Shown here: piece after piece, positions 1-18,399 of the stretch
How the letters are laid out: each line of letters begins with the position of its first letter
Numbering within the stretch: the stretch's first letter is position 1
NCBI RefSeq assembly: GCF_009914755.1
Contig: NC_060933.1
DNA: 64,000 bases
From: the human T2T-CHM13v2.0 reference genome, Homo sapiens
Direction: 5' to 3' (one strand)
Notes under the pieces: generated by a model
Databases searched by the model: none
What the model was told of the DNA's origin: nothing
The model's input: only the letters and a program-made list of their open reading frames with translations
Translations under genes and position numbers: made by a program

Positions 1-1296
1 CCAAGATTCTTGGCTAACCTCCCTGGAGAGCCTCAGGAAACATCATGATAAGATAGTCATTTTGCTAAGAGCATTTTTGATTAGTGTCAGTTCTGCCCAG
101 CTTGTCTCCTTCATAAGATTGAATCAAGAGCTACTTTGTTTTATACATGATCTATGGGATATGAAGGACTGTGAATAACAAAGTATTGGTGTATTCATAA
201 GATAATAAAGAGAAGCCCAGTACCAGAGGGCCCTTGTGGCATAATAGAAACAGCACAGACTCTGGAGTAAGGCAGAACTGGGTATGAACACCCCCTTTGC
301 CATTTTCTAGCTTTTGGCTCCTAGGTGAGTTATTTCATCTTTCTTGAGCCCCATTATATGTATTGGTGAGGAAGCTCCCTGCTGGGTGCCATTTGAGAGT
401 TAGAGATAAGACATGTATTACAGTCTCTGTCCCACTGTGTGCATGTAGTAAATATTGGGTAGGTGAATGAATGAGTGAATGGTAGCAATTATTACACTTA
501 CTTCTATTTTGTTAAAATGTATTTGACTCACTAAAACATAAATCTGAACCCTGTCAGAAATTCATGAAAATCCTTATCTCACTTTTCCCTTGCTCTCTGT
601 GAGGTAAAGTATTAAAATCTCATGCTTAAATTTTCTCTAGGCATTTGGAGTATTAGAAAAACTTTCCAGTTATCTTCCCTATGTCAAATTTCAGGACTCG
701 GGGCTTATTGTTAAATCCTACATAGGATGCTAAAAAGATATTTCAAAGAAGTACATATGCCCCATTTACCAGCTTTCAAGCACCTTTATTTTATTTTTGC
801 AGACTTCGAAGCTCAAAGCTTTTCCTTTTCCTTAGACCCCAGGTTAATGTATAAATGTTCCCTTATTTCTACTTTCTCATCTACCATCTACTTTATTGCA
901 AAAAAATAGTTCTGTTTTGTTCACCAGAAGGCTGAAAAGGAAGACTCTTGTGAACTGTTTCTGTGGTTTCTGAATAAAGTAGAGAACTTGGATTAACTAA
1001 GCCCTTTCCCTGTGCTATAAGCTTTAACCGACCTTATCTCAGTCAATCAGCCCAACAGCTTGTGAAGCAGGGGATGAGTTTCATAGAGAGAAACTGGGGC
1101 TTACAGAATTCAGTGTCTTAGTCCAGTGTCCAGCCTGGAAGTGGAGAGGCTGGGAGGGGTCCCAGTTCTGCACTCTGGAGCCTGAGTCTTTCACTCTTGT
1201 GGGCAGCGCAAGAATCATGCAGTGTCAAATGGTGCACCTCCCTCTCCTCTCCCTGTCTCTGTCTCTGTCTGTCTGTCTCTTTCTCTTCCTTTTTAG

Positions 1297-1482
1297 AAAG
1301 AGCTTAATTCCCGAGATGGAGCTTGGGAAAGAATATGTGGCGAGAGGGACCCTTTCATCCTATGCAGCTTGATGTGGTCTTGGGTGGAGCAACTGAAGGA
1401 GCCTGTAATCACCAAAGAGGATGTGGACATGTTGGTTGACAGGCGAGCAGATGCCGCAGAAGCACTTTTTTTATTAGAGAAG
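1297..1482 (+). CDS. PTPDC1: PTPDC1 third-from-last coding exon (62 codons)
   Basis: Long pyrimidine tract ending ttttag|; open frame KELNSRDGAWERICGERDPFILCSLMWSWVEQLKEPVITKEDVDMLVDRRADAAEALFLLEK; donor |gtaaag; phase 0/0; peptide recognised as PTPDC1 C-terminal region. Confidence 0.93.
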
Positions 1483-2281
1483 GTAAAGTGGCTGTAGGAC
1501 CAGTTAATGACTGTAACTGAGGCCCTTAGTTTTTCACGCAGAAAAAAAAAATCCATTATAAAAAAAGAGAATTCACACAGAATCCCAAATCTAGATCTAA
1601 TTTAATAGTTTTTCCAAGAGAAGAGAAGAAACTGATACCCAGTGTAAACACTTAGAAAATACAAAAATAAAAACGGGAACTATCCATAGTCCTGGGAGAG
1701 GCACTGCAAACATTTTCAAACATTTTAAACTTACCAATATGTATATTAACTTGTTAAAAATCATTTTAACATACAAGTTTATATTTCATTTTTGCTTAAA
1801 GTTATAACATAGCTATTTTCCTGTGAATAATGTAAGCTTTTCATAAATATTGACTCAACGGATATGATGCTGTAACACGAGACTGTGCCATAATTAAGCA
1901 CTTTTTCACTGTTGGTTGTTTGTTTCTACTTATTTGCTGTGAGCATGCATATGGGAAAAATTATGAATTAGGTTGGGATATGCACTCATTCGTATTTTTA
2001 AAAAGGGGTAGGTGTCACACATATATACATGTATATATAATTTTTATTTGTAAAATATAGATGTTTTCTATATTTTATATATAAAAGATATATGTTTAAA
2101 ATAGAGGAAATATGTATATATGTATAAAATATAGAAGGAGAAATAAGAAACTGGTAATAGTGGTCACCTTTAGGAAAAGATATTAGAAGACAATGGATCT
2201 AGGAAACGGGAGAAATTGTATGAATCCTTTTATATAATTTATCATTTTTATCCATACAGAGATACTAAATTTTCAGTTTAA

Positions 2282-2637
<356 letters not shown>

Positions 2638-2718
2638 TAACCAGCCTTGAGTTACCTGCTATGCTCCATGTAAACATCTCCTCAGTTTCTAAATTTCACT
2701 AAAAATCTTCTGCTGTTA

Positions 2719-2720
<2 letters not shown>

Positions 2721-2761
<41 letters not shown>

Positions 2762-2885
2762 CACATATGGACGGATGCACACGCAGACATGCAGATACAT
2801 GTGTTCACACACATGCACACAGATACAATACACAATACACAGACATGTGCGTGCCTGCACACACACACATACACTCACATACCAC
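2721..2885. repeat. (AC)19 microsatellite plus degenerate CA-rich extension
   Basis: Perfect AC run 2721-2758, then imperfect CA/TG-rich sequence. Confidence 0.95.
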
Positions 2886-4013
2886 AGTTATGCAATACAT
2901 ATCTTTTAAGAAGTGATTTTTCCTGTATCCGAAGTCCTTTTCTTAGGATATTTTCTCAGCAATTAAATCACAGAGTTAAAACAGGAGATGGTGAAAAGGC
3001 AGATTAATGTTTGGTAGGTGACTGGGCCAAGCCCTTCAGGACATAATTTACATTTTCTCTTCTGTTTATCTCAATACCCCTTAGAGGTAGAGGCTCATTT
3101 CACAGACAAGGAAAGCTGAGGTTGCATGCCCAAGGTTGGCACCACATGTCAGAGCAGAATTCAAGCTCAGACCACTTTGGCACAAAGCCCATGTGCTTTC
3201 TATTACATAAGGCTGCCTGTTTTATCCTAATTCACCCTCGGGCAATTCACCTAGGGCATTTATATTGCTTCAGGTTTTTTACTTTCATAGGCGTCATTGT
3301 AATGATAATTTGTGCTTGCAGGTGTTTCTTTATTATAGATTATGCTCTTAGAGTAGATTTTCAGAGTTGAAATTTATGGGTCCCTGTACATTACATCTTG
3401 GATATGTATTGCTGAAGGTGATGGAATTTCTTCTTTGCTAAGGTAAACAGCCCCCAGGAGTCAAGTCAGTGGACACATTTTTAAGTATCTTACCCCCTTA
3501 GGTTGGAGGCTAAGCACTTAAGCACTGCATTGCTCCTGGGGGACTGGGGTTGTCCTTGTCCTTTTCTTTGTCTACCTGCCTCCCTCCATATCATATGCAG
3601 TGGCTGGGTACCCAGATCCTGACCACTCAGTGCCCAGTTAATTAGTCCATGTATCTCTATGACATGTCACCATCTACTAGACTACTGACATATCCAGAAA
3701 CAACAAGAATGGGAAAATCTATTCAGTTCACTGCAAGAGAAACACTTGGTTTAAAAGTGCACTGATCTTCAAATTTAGTTTTACTTTGTACAATAGCTAG
3801 CCAGCTTTGATATTATCTCCTGAAAGCTTTTCAAATTATATTAACACATAACAATAAACATTTGTTGATGTTTAGATATTTTGTTAGATATTTTGGCATT
3901 TGACATTATGAGTACTTGGTCACAAACCAATTCTTGACTCTACGATAGTTTTGAATTGATTTATTGAGGCATTTTTTGAAAAATTTTTTAAATTTTGATT
4001 TCTACAAAAACAG

Positions 4014-4124
4014 GGACAGCACCAGACTATTCTCTGCGTGTTGCACTGCATAGTGAACCTGCAGACAATTCCCGTGGATGTGGAGGAAGCTTTCCTTGCC
4101 CATGCCATTAAGGCATTCACTAAG
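4014..4124 (+). CDS. PTPDC1: PTPDC1 penultimate coding exon (37 codons)
   Basis: aacag| GQHQTILCVLHCIVNLQTIPVDVEEAFLAHAIKAFTK |gtgggt; phase 0/0, joins in frame with neighbouring exons. Confidence 0.93.
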
Positions 4125-4689
4125 GTGGGTCATACTCTTCCTTTCCCCTCTCTGAACCACAGATCAGCATCATCTTTGTAAATCAGAATCCAGAGGTCAC
4201 CGTCCTCCTCTAAAATAAAACATGTATGTGTATGTTTTCCCTTCATGGAAATCTGTTTGACATTTCTTCTAAGTAGTTGCAGAGTCTTGACCAAAAAAAA
4301 AGTTTCCAAACAATGATCTTAGGAAAAGCTGAACTGTGAGTTTTTTGAAGGAGAACGTTGGAACAAAGAGCTTTTATATAAAAGAAAGAGAGAAACAACT
4401 GAGTGTTGAATACATATTTTTAGATCATGTGCCTAATCAGAGTCAGAGAATCTTTGCTTGTCGAGTCAGTTCTACCTTGGGTGTAAGTAAGAAGCCATCT
4501 ATTGAGAATTAAACATCCCACATTGCTAATTCAGTACTGAGTCCTGGTTGGCAAATCCTAAGGAAAGAGTTAAAAAAAAGGTTTCCTTTCTAAAAGCCCA
4601 TCCTTTTGGATGCAGCAGTTTTTCCTGGCTGAAGAAAGAAGCAGCAGCCAGGTTCATACTGAGAGAAAAGTTTCCCCTTACCCCATCAG

Positions 4690-4767
4690 CTATAATTTGT
4701 TTATTACTTCTCATTGATATGAAAGTATCTATAATTTGTTTGTTACCTCTCATTGATATGAAAGTGT
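4690..4767. repeat. 39-bp tandem duplication (2 copies, 3 mismatches)
   Basis: ctataatttgtttattacttctcattgatatgaaagtat / ctataatttgtttgttacctctcattgatatgaaagtgt. Confidence 0.9.
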
Positions 4768-5126
4768 CATTAAACAAAGAACCCAGCTTTTGAATGACAA
4801 CATCTGTGGTAACATTAATGATAAGAAGTTATTATTTATACTCATTAACAAGTTATAAAGATTCTTCCTTTTTAATATTTGTCCAGTCTCCTTCCCCTCC
4901 ACTCTTTCCGGAGTGATGTTCTTACTTCAGGCCTTCCTTGTTCCTCATCTGGATTCTATGGCACTAACCACTGACATCTTTTCAATCTGTTCTCCACTGT
5001 TTCCAGAGTCAGTAGTCTCAAATCCAAACCGCGTGGTCCTTTACATCTGTATTTACACTTTCATAGACTGAGAGGCTACCCACCATGTGAAGAAGGTTGT
5101 GGTTTGGTGTTTAAGAAAGTAAACAG

Positions 5127-5739
<613 letters not shown>

Positions 5740-5945
5740 TTATTAATGTTAATAAGGAGTTTTTTGCAAAGGGGATAGATAATATAGTTATAGATAAAAT
5801 TAAATTCCTGAGCTTAACTGAAAAAAATCCTTACGATTGGTCTCTCTGAAAGCAGTAGGAATTCTTTACAACTTCTTTTGGCCTTTTAAGGGGATACGAA
5901 TGAAAAGTTAGAGATAACAGTTGTTCAAAATCTGTCTATAGAAAA

Positions 5946-6411
5946 TGTTAGGAGACAGTTTTCCTTGGGTCTCTCATGTCTCTTCATAGTCTGATGAGCA
6001 GATGCCCTGACCACTCTCTTTGAGGATCAACTCTTCACTAATGTCTGGAGAGCTCTGCCTGGAGAGCAGAAGGCACACGTTCTGACTTCCAGGATAATAA
6101 AAATGTTTCCCTTCAGGGCAAAGGTTGGCAGATTTGCTTGCAGCCCCCTTGTGAAACATTGGAGTTTCCTAAGCTTGGGGCTCCTCAGCTATGAGGCAAA
6201 CCCCGTGCTTGTGCAGCCTCCACCTAGGCCCTTCTGCATTGCCTCCATGAGACTTGAGAGACAAGGAGAACCCATGTGAACATGAAGCACATGCAGCTGT
6301 GAGAAATAAAAGTTGTCTGTCTCTGACCCAGGAATCTCGTATCTTCTACCAGTATCCATAACACTGGCAAGCTAACAGGTTAAGGTCTCAGATCCTTTAC
6401 AGTTGTTGACA
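5946..6411 (+). mobile_element. Solo ERVL-type LTR (LTR40-like)
   Basis: Begins tgttaggagacagttttccttgggtctctc; AATAAA near 6305 followed by tctctgacccaggaatctc; family call from memory. Confidence 0.5.
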
Positions 6412-6625
6412 GAGGGAACAACCTTTCATTTGTCAAAATTTATCAGAGAGGGAGAAATTCCAGAAGCAGAGAAGCAGTGATTGTGTGACCCTGATTCTTT
6501 CCCAGGGAGTTACACATTACTCTGGGAATGGGGTTGAGGGTGGGTACTTGCTCTGGTTCTCTGTCCTGCCATCACTGCTAACCCAGAGTATGGTAAACTT
6601 GGGTGAAAAATGCAAATATGTGTAA

Positions 6626-6994
<369 letters not shown>

Positions 6995-7565
6995 TGAGGT
7001 TTGTATATATGTGCCAAACATGTTAGACTCATAGATACGCTATCCTATGAAGGTGGGTATCATTATCTCTGTTTTACAAAGGAGGAGATCAAGGTCCAGA
7101 GAGGTTGGGTATGAGATGAGGACATGTAGCTGGCAGGTGGGGAGCTGGGCTTCTATTCAGGTCACTCTGACCCTGTCCAGAGTGGCCGTAGGGCCTCTCA
7201 GCAGGACGTATACAGCTGATGTGCTGTTTTAATATGGGAAACTTTTCTCTTATACCATCAATGATTAGTCTCAAAAAATTCACTTCACACCCACTGTTGA
7301 CTTGCTTCATGACTGGGTGTATATAATTAGACTAAATATCCAGGCACTAGATTTAATTTTGGGGTTTTCATTCATAAGTTTGATATTGACATGGTTGGCA
7401 GTTCTAATAGTCTTTCAAATAAAATGTGTGAAATTTATTATGTGTATTTTATATAGAGTTTTGTTTGTAAGTCTGTTTTTTTTCTCCACCCCCTCCTTCT
7501 CTCAAAATAGAAACTAGTTCAAATTCTTGTTACAGTGTCCTGAATATAAATTTCTTTGTCACCAG

Positions 7566-7682
7566 GTTAATTTTGATTCTGAAAATGGACCAACAGTTTA
7601 CAACACCCTGAAGAAAATATTTAAGCACACGCTGGAAGAAAAAAGAAAAATGACAAAAGATGGCCCTAAGCCTGGCCTCTAG
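7566..7682 (+). CDS. PTPDC1: PTPDC1 last coding exon to stop
   Basis: ttctttgtcaccag| VNFDSENGPTVYNTLKKIFKHTLEEKRKMTKDGPKPGL then TAG at 7680-7682. Confidence 0.93.
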   Translation, partial: VNFDSENGPTVYNTLKKIFKHTLEEKRKMTKDGPKPGL

Positions 7683-9595
7683 CTTTCACTCGTGGTGAAT
7701 ATTTCAGACCTAAAGATCCAGATAGTATCTCTGTTCATATGTGAATAAGTTGAAGATTGTGGGGCTACTTTTTCTCATAGCACTTTATTTTGAATGTTGT
7801 TAGTTTGTGCTGAGAATGGTCGTCCGTATTTGAACCAATTATTTATTTTAAAATATATTTAAGCTACATTTTTGTTTTGAAAAATTGCCATAAATTTGGT
7901 GCCACTTTCTTTTATTTATTTGACTGAGTTAATATTATTGTATTAACATTTTAAGTATATGGTGTTTACATTCTTATTTCTTTTGACATTTTGGAAATAA
8001 TCATAACTTGTCTTTCCAAAATAACCATTTTCTTGATGGAACTCTTCCTAGAGTTTTTACCAAATAGCTAACTTTAGTAGTAAAACCTCATTGTGTATCC
8101 ATTCCCCCACAGATGAACTAAGAAAGTCACCAAGTGTCTTAAGCTGTTTTATATTTGTTACGAAGAAGGCTATTGCTACAATATTTTTAAAGGTTTCTTT
8201 TTTAACTTTGAAATTTTTTGTTTTTCCTTTTCTTTTTATAAATGTAACAGAGGGTTTCAAAGCATATTATTTTTCAGAGAGATTTAGTTTTACTTTAATG
8301 GAGTGACTGTGAAGTGGTTGGGATTTTTTGCTTGTAGAAAGTAGACTTGCTCTTTGTCAGATTTCCAAACAACCTTGCCAGCCTTGGCTGTCAAAAGGAG
8401 GCAGGAGCAGTTCTCAACACACCAAGCCTTATTCCCACTCCCTTGGGTTGCTGCTGAGCCAAATAGCATCTTTACAGAGGAAGTGGGATCAGAGGCAGGA
8501 AGTGTGGAAAGTTGCTAAGAAGCAGGGCTTGCCTCTGTCCTCCCGGGGACTCCACAGGGATATTCGTGCAGGGCAGGGGCTCTGTGCCAGCCCTGCTCTC
8601 TCAGATGCCACAGCCACTCTGCAGAGGTGACTCTTGGAGCTGGAGGAAGTCAAAACTGGGCCACTGTTTGTACTGATGGTGTATTAGCATGAGCAGCGTG
8701 GCCCTGGCCCCACACTCCCAAATCTGCCACTCCATAGACCCACTTGCCTCAAGGCTTTATATTTGGCTGCTTTCTTACAATGAGAATTAAGATTTTTAAA
8801 CTGAAGTTGACCATACAGGTTGCATTAGCCCTAACTGGCTTCATGTAAGAAGGGTGACTGCCTAAACTAGTTCCTTGTAAGCTGAACCATCAATTATCAG
8901 TTGAAGCCATACTTTTATTTAAATTAATATACGTAGATACCAGAGGCCAAGCCACAGAGAGGATAATAGTTCTTCCCAATAAAGGTGATATTAATCAGAC
9001 TAATTTCGAACTAAAGAAGTTACTGCTTAAAGACGGAATTTCAGGGGAAGCAAGACTCATTTAGAACAAATGAAATTTCTCCAGTCCTACATTTCTGAAT
9101 TGACTTCTAGCACATCAAAAATATTTCAGTCATTATCAGTCTCATTAACTGAAATGCCAAATGCTAAATGCAGTGTTCTTTCACACTGTTTTAATTTTCT
9201 TGGGAAATTGAGTCCAGTGGATGTTAATGGAGTGGGTTGCCCATCCCTGAAATGTCTTATTTTCAAGTGCCTGGCCTGGGAAAGAAGGGGAAGAAACAAT
9301 TGCATTATATCCAAAGATACACTATAAAAATAGAGTTTTTACCAAAAAAAGATGTTTGTTCTCATCTCAGTAGGCCTCATTTGGGCAAGTGACCCACAGG
9401 TCTTTTGGCGAGTTTGCTATTTGCCTGTTGAAATACTTGTTTCAACTTAGAGAACAGTTATGATGTGACCATAGCATGGCACAACTAAAAATCTAAGCCT
9501 GAAACCTGAAAAAAGAGATATGACAAGGGAAATTAATCAGGCTATACATAAGTATTGTATTTATTTGAATAAAAATAAAAAGAGCAACCCATAAT
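7683..9595 (+). other. PTPDC1: PTPDC1 3'UTR (~1.9 kb, AU-rich, no recognisable repeat)
   Basis: Follows the stop codon; several ATTTA-containing stretches; ends after tandem AATAAA; exact end inferred. Confidence 0.75.
9556..9595 (+). terminator. Polyadenylation signal of PTPDC1
   Basis: TGTA at 9556 followed by tandem AATAAA at 9568-9573 and 9574-9579. Confidence 0.75.
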
Positions 9596-10019
9596 CCTAG
9601 TCCTGTACTTCTTTACCTTGATGCTCTAGGACATCTGATGATAAAGACAAGGTTTTGTCTTAGATTATCCTAATAGGCAGATTGAGTTGTCGGCTGATTC
9701 AGTGAGCCAAGCTCTAGTTAGTGCAGACTCCTTCCATCAGTTCAGCATGACCAAACACTGGGGGGTTGGGATAGGTGAGTTCTAAGAGGAATAGCTGGGG
9801 AAAATCTCCAAGCTGACAAGATTCCTAACTTCCCATATTTGGATGAGGAGTTCTTTGTAGCCCAGAGGACAGAAATCTCACATATTGGGAGAAGTGATAA
9901 GGTTGAAAAATTCAGTTCAACAGAAATAGGAAGGTTAAGGGCACACACATATTAAGAACTTACCATGGGCCAGCCGTATCCATTACCTCACTGAATTATC
10001 TTGACAGAAGTCTTTTTTA

Positions 10020-10345
10020 TTTCATTTATTTATATATATTTTTTTGAGACGGGGGTCTCGCTCCGTAGCCCAAGCTGGAATGCAGTGGCATGATCTTGGC
10101 TGACTGCAACCTCCGCTCCCAGCCTGAAGCCATCCTCCCACCTCAGCTTCCTGAGTAGCTGGGACTACAGGCACATGCAATCACATCTGGCTAATTTTTT
10201 GTTTTTTTGTTTTTTTGGTATTTTTTGTAGAGATAGGGTTTCACCATGTTACCCAGGCTTGTCTTGAACTCCTGAGCTCAAGTGATCCTCCCACCTCGGC
10301 CTCCCAGAGTGCTGGGATTACAGGTGTGAGCCACCGCACCTGGCC
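10020..10345 (-). mobile_element. AluJ
   Basis: Reverse Alu flanked by cagaagtctt on both sides (TSD). Confidence 0.9.
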
Positions 10346-11721
10346 TCAGAAGTCTTAATCATAACTGTGTGACGTGAGATGTGGAGTCCAATGGACCCCG
10401 TGCTGTGCCCTCCTCTCTGCTCATGTTACCTGCCTATAGGACTCTTAACCTGGCAAAGCTGCCCGTCAAAGTGCCTTCTCAGGGACCTTGAGGTCCCTTT
10501 AGCACTAAATTTTATGATGGCATTAAGAGAACACTGTGCTGTCCATAACTTAGTGAAAATATCACACATCTGTCCTGGAAAAGGCTGAACCAGCTCTATT
10601 ATTATCATATGATGTTCTCTAGTATATCACACTTAGAGGAAGTACATGATTTCTTGCCACTGTTGCCTTTTCTTACTTCAGAGAGCTTACTAATGCCCTT
10701 TGAGACAAATTGCTGCTGGTGGTAGAGCTCGCTTCATTTATTTATGTAACTCAGAACATCTGTGCTGAGTTACTTAGTCATATCTTCATCCAGCTTGCCA
10801 GTCTTATCTGAGAAAAAGTACTTGCTTCATCGTTCTGGATTCCATGAAAACCACCATATATCATAATTCAACAGAGGTAAAGTGTCTCTATTTTCTCTTA
10901 AATGGAGAATGCTTGCTGATATGATTGGGTGCTATTTCAGGCTAGTCTCCACATGTCCGAAAAAATATCCAGGGACAGTGTAATGTAGATAGAATGCAAG
11001 CCCCAAGTTCTTGACATCTGACAGCCCCATGTAATTTGGGGGGTCAATTTAAAAATGACAGCTTACTCATAGGATCTTTATTATTATTCCAAATTAGCAA
11101 GCATTAATATATTTTCAGTGCAGGTAAATCAAGAACAATGTTCTCTTTGATGCTTTTTATGAATGGCACAAGATTAGCATGTTACCTAAGAGAGCTTTTC
11201 TCAATGCTAGATGGCTGCAAATTGTTTATAGATAAAGTAGCAGGAGAAAAATTCAACAAAATCCTGTTTCTCAGTGGGTCATTATTTTTTTAGTTATGCT
11301 TTTAGGCATGAGCTAATCTCTGATTACCTCAACACTGACAATAAAACTGATTTATAAATAATCACAATGGAACCATTCAGTATTGGAGCTTGACAAGCCT
11401 TTGTTCAAAGCCCTTCAGTCACTAAAAATAATGTCCCAATAAGACTTAAATGTCATAAAACCTTTTGCAACGAAAATAAAAGTTTCATACATCCACTGAA
11501 ACTTGTACAGTAAGAGAAGCCTGCTAAGCCCTTACCTCTCGGCTTTCTTGATTAAAATGAAAAGATATTTTACTCTTGAGATTGCCTATTTTAGAGAAAA
11601 ATTACATTTTGAGGATGGGCTCCTGCTTACCCGATCTCTAGAAAGTGGTCTGACAGTAGCCTCTGGTTTTGATTTAATGAGTTGCTTTATCATTTTTTTT
11701 TCTCCTTTTAAAAATGAAAAC

Positions 11722-12039
<318 letters not shown>

Positions 12040-12052
12040 TCAGGCTCTTGAT

Positions 12053-12135
12053 TTAGGCTGAACCATAGGGAGTGGCCATTTTTTTTTTGGTAAAAAAATG
12101 ATCAAGTACTGGCCATTTTATGTGGTTCAACCTAA
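12053..12135. mobile_element. MADE2-like mariner MITE (~80-bp hairpin)
   Basis: Imperfect terminal inverted repeats ttaggctgaaccata ... tgtggttcaacctaa. Confidence 0.65.
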
Positions 12136-13490
12136 AATCAAACTCAGTATTTCCAGGACAAGTAGGTGACATTTCCTGAATTAATTTTGGTAAGTTTAGA
12201 TTAGGTGATCAATTATTTTCTAAGACTATCCTGTATGCTTACAGTAGAGTTCCAATACAACTGTAAGTGACAAATATGAAACATTCTTTTAGCAACACGT
12301 CTGTGCCTATTCTGCTTGGCCCTCTGCTAATTCTGGGGACACACAGGAATTATTTATTCAGTCATTCATCCCTCTAGGAGTCACGTTGCCTATCCCTCAA
12401 AATTCATGTGTTGGAAACTTAATTCCCAATGCAATAGAGTAGGAAGGTGCAGCCTTTTAGGAGGTGTTTAGGTCGTCAGAGCTCCACCCTCATGAATGAA
12501 CTAATATTATTAGTAAAAGACCTGATGGAGGGAATTCTTTTTTTGCCCTTCCACTTTCTGTCATGTGAGGACACAGCATGCTCCCCTCCAGATGATGCAG
12601 CATGTAAGGCACCATCTTGGAAGCAGAGAGCAGCCCTCACCAGATGGCAGTGCCTTAATCTTGGCCTATCCAGCCTCCAGAACTGTGAGAATCAATGTCT
12701 GTTGTTTAAGTTGCCCAGCCTGTGCTATTCTGTTATAGCAGCACAAAATGGACTAAGACAGCGATTGGTACCAGGGGAGTGGGGTGTTGCTAAAACATAC
12801 CTAAAAATGTGGAAGCGGCTTTGGAACTGGGTAATGGGTTGAGGCTAGAAGAGTTGTGAAATGAAAGCAGGAAAAAGCTTGTATTGCCACGAGTGGAGCA
12901 TTAAGAGTGATTCTGGTGAGGGCTCAGAAGAAGAGGAGAGCTGTAAGGAAATTATCACTCATTCTTCTGAGAAACTACGTAAGTGGTTTTGAACAGAATG
13001 CTGATAAAAACATGGACAGTAAAGACCATTCCGATTAGGTCATAGACAGAAATGAGGACTATCATTGGAAACTGGGGAAAAGGCCATCTTTGTTACAAAG
13101 TGGCAAAGAACGTGGCTGAATTATGTCCATGTCCATGTTCTAGGACTTTGTAAGGGGCAGAACTTAGCGATGAACCAGAATATTTGGCAGAAGAAATTTC
13201 TAAGCAGGAAAGTGTGCAGGATGCTGTGTGGTTTCTCTTTTTTTTTTTTTTTTTGAATTGTGTTGTCTTTTTTTTTTTTTTTTTTATTATACTCTAAGTT
13301 TTAGGGTACATGTTCACATTGTGCAGGTTAGTTACATATGTATACATGTGCCATGCTGGTGCGCTGCACCCACTAACGTGTCATCTAGCATTAGGTATAT
13401 CTCCCAATGCTATCCCTCACCCCTCCCCCGACCCCACCACAGTCCCCAGAGTGTGATATTCCCCTTCCTGTGTCCATGTGATCTCATTGT

Positions 13491-17317
<3,827 letters not shown>

Positions 17318-17380
17318 TATGATGTTAGCTGGTGATTTTGCTCATTAGTTGATGCAGTTTCTTCCTAGTCTCGATGGTCT

Positions 17381-18397
17381 TTACATTTTGGCATGATTTT
17401 GCAGCTGCTGGTACCGGTTGTTCCTTTCCATGTTTAGCACTTCCTTCAGGAGCTCTTTTAGGGCAGGCCTTGTGGTGACAAAATCTCTCAGCATTTGCTT
17501 GTCTATAAAGTATTTTATTTCTCCTTCACTTATGAAGCTTAGTTTGGCTGGATATGAAATTCTGGGTTGAAAATTCTTTTCTTTAAGAATGTTGAATATT
17601 GGCCCCCACTCTCTTCTGGCTTGTAGGGTTTCTGCCGAGAGATCCGCTGTTAGTCTGATGGGCTTTCCTTTGAGGGTAACCCGACCTTTCTCTCTGGCTG
17701 CCCTTAACATTTTTTCCTTCATTTCAACTTTGGTGAATCTGACAATTATGTGTCTTGGAGTTGCTCTTCTCGAGGAGTATCTTTGTGGCGTTCTCTGTAT
17801 TTCCTGAATCTGAACGTTGGCCTGCCTTGCTAGATTGGGGAAGTTCTCCTGGATAATATCCTGCAGAGTGTTTTCCAACTTGGTTCCATTCTCCACATCA
17901 CTTTCAGGTACACCAATCAGACGTAGATTTGGTCTTTTCACATAGTCCCATATTTCTTGGAGGCTTTGCTCATTTCTTTTTATTCTTTTTTCTCTAAACT
18001 TCCCTTCTCGCTTCATTTCATTCATTTCATCTTCCATTGCTGATACCCTTTCTTCCAGTTGATCGCATCGGCTCCTGAGGCTTCTGCATTCTTCACGTAG
18101 TTCTCGAGCCTTGGTTTTCAGCTCCATCAGCTCCTTTAAGCACTTCTCTGTATTGGTTATTCTAGTTATACATTCTTCTAAATTTTTTTCAAAGTTTTCA
18201 ACTTCTTTGCCTTTGGTTTGAATGTCCTCCCGTAGCTCAGAGTAATTTGATCGTCTGAAGCCTTCTTCTCTCAGCTCGTCAAAATCATTCTCCATCCAGC
18301 TTTGTTCTGTTGCTGGTGAGGAACTGCGTTCCTTTGGAGGAGGAGAGGCGCTCTGCGTTTTAGAGTTCCCAGTTTTTCTGTTCTGTTTTTTCCCCAT
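17381..18397 (-). CDS. L1 ORF1p, intact 338 aa
   Basis: MGKKQNRKTGNSK...QNHAKM, full canonical length with no stop. Confidence 0.96.
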   Translation of the reverse strand: MGKKQNRKTGNSKTQSASPPPKERSSSPATEQSWMENDFDELREEGFRRSNYSELREDIQTKGKEVENFEKNLEECITRITNTEKCLKELMELKTKARELREECRSLRSRCDQLEERVSAMEDEMNEMKREGKFREKRIKRNEQSLQEIWDYVKRPNLRLIGVPESDVENGTKLENTLQDIIQENFPNLARQANVQIQEIQRTPQRYSSRRATPRHIIVRFTKVEMKEKMLRAAREKGRVTLKGKPIRLTADLSAETLQARREWGPIFNILKEKNFQPRISYPAKLSFISEGEIKYFIDKQMLRDFVTTRPALKELLKEVLNMERNNRYQQLQNHAKM

Positions 18398-18399
18398 CT

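Noticed and set aside
10780-10822. Minus-strand peptide YFFSDKTGKLDEDM resembling the P-type ATPase DKTGT motif
   Set aside because: The invariant second T is missing, stops flank it and there is no other ATPase motif; treated as chance
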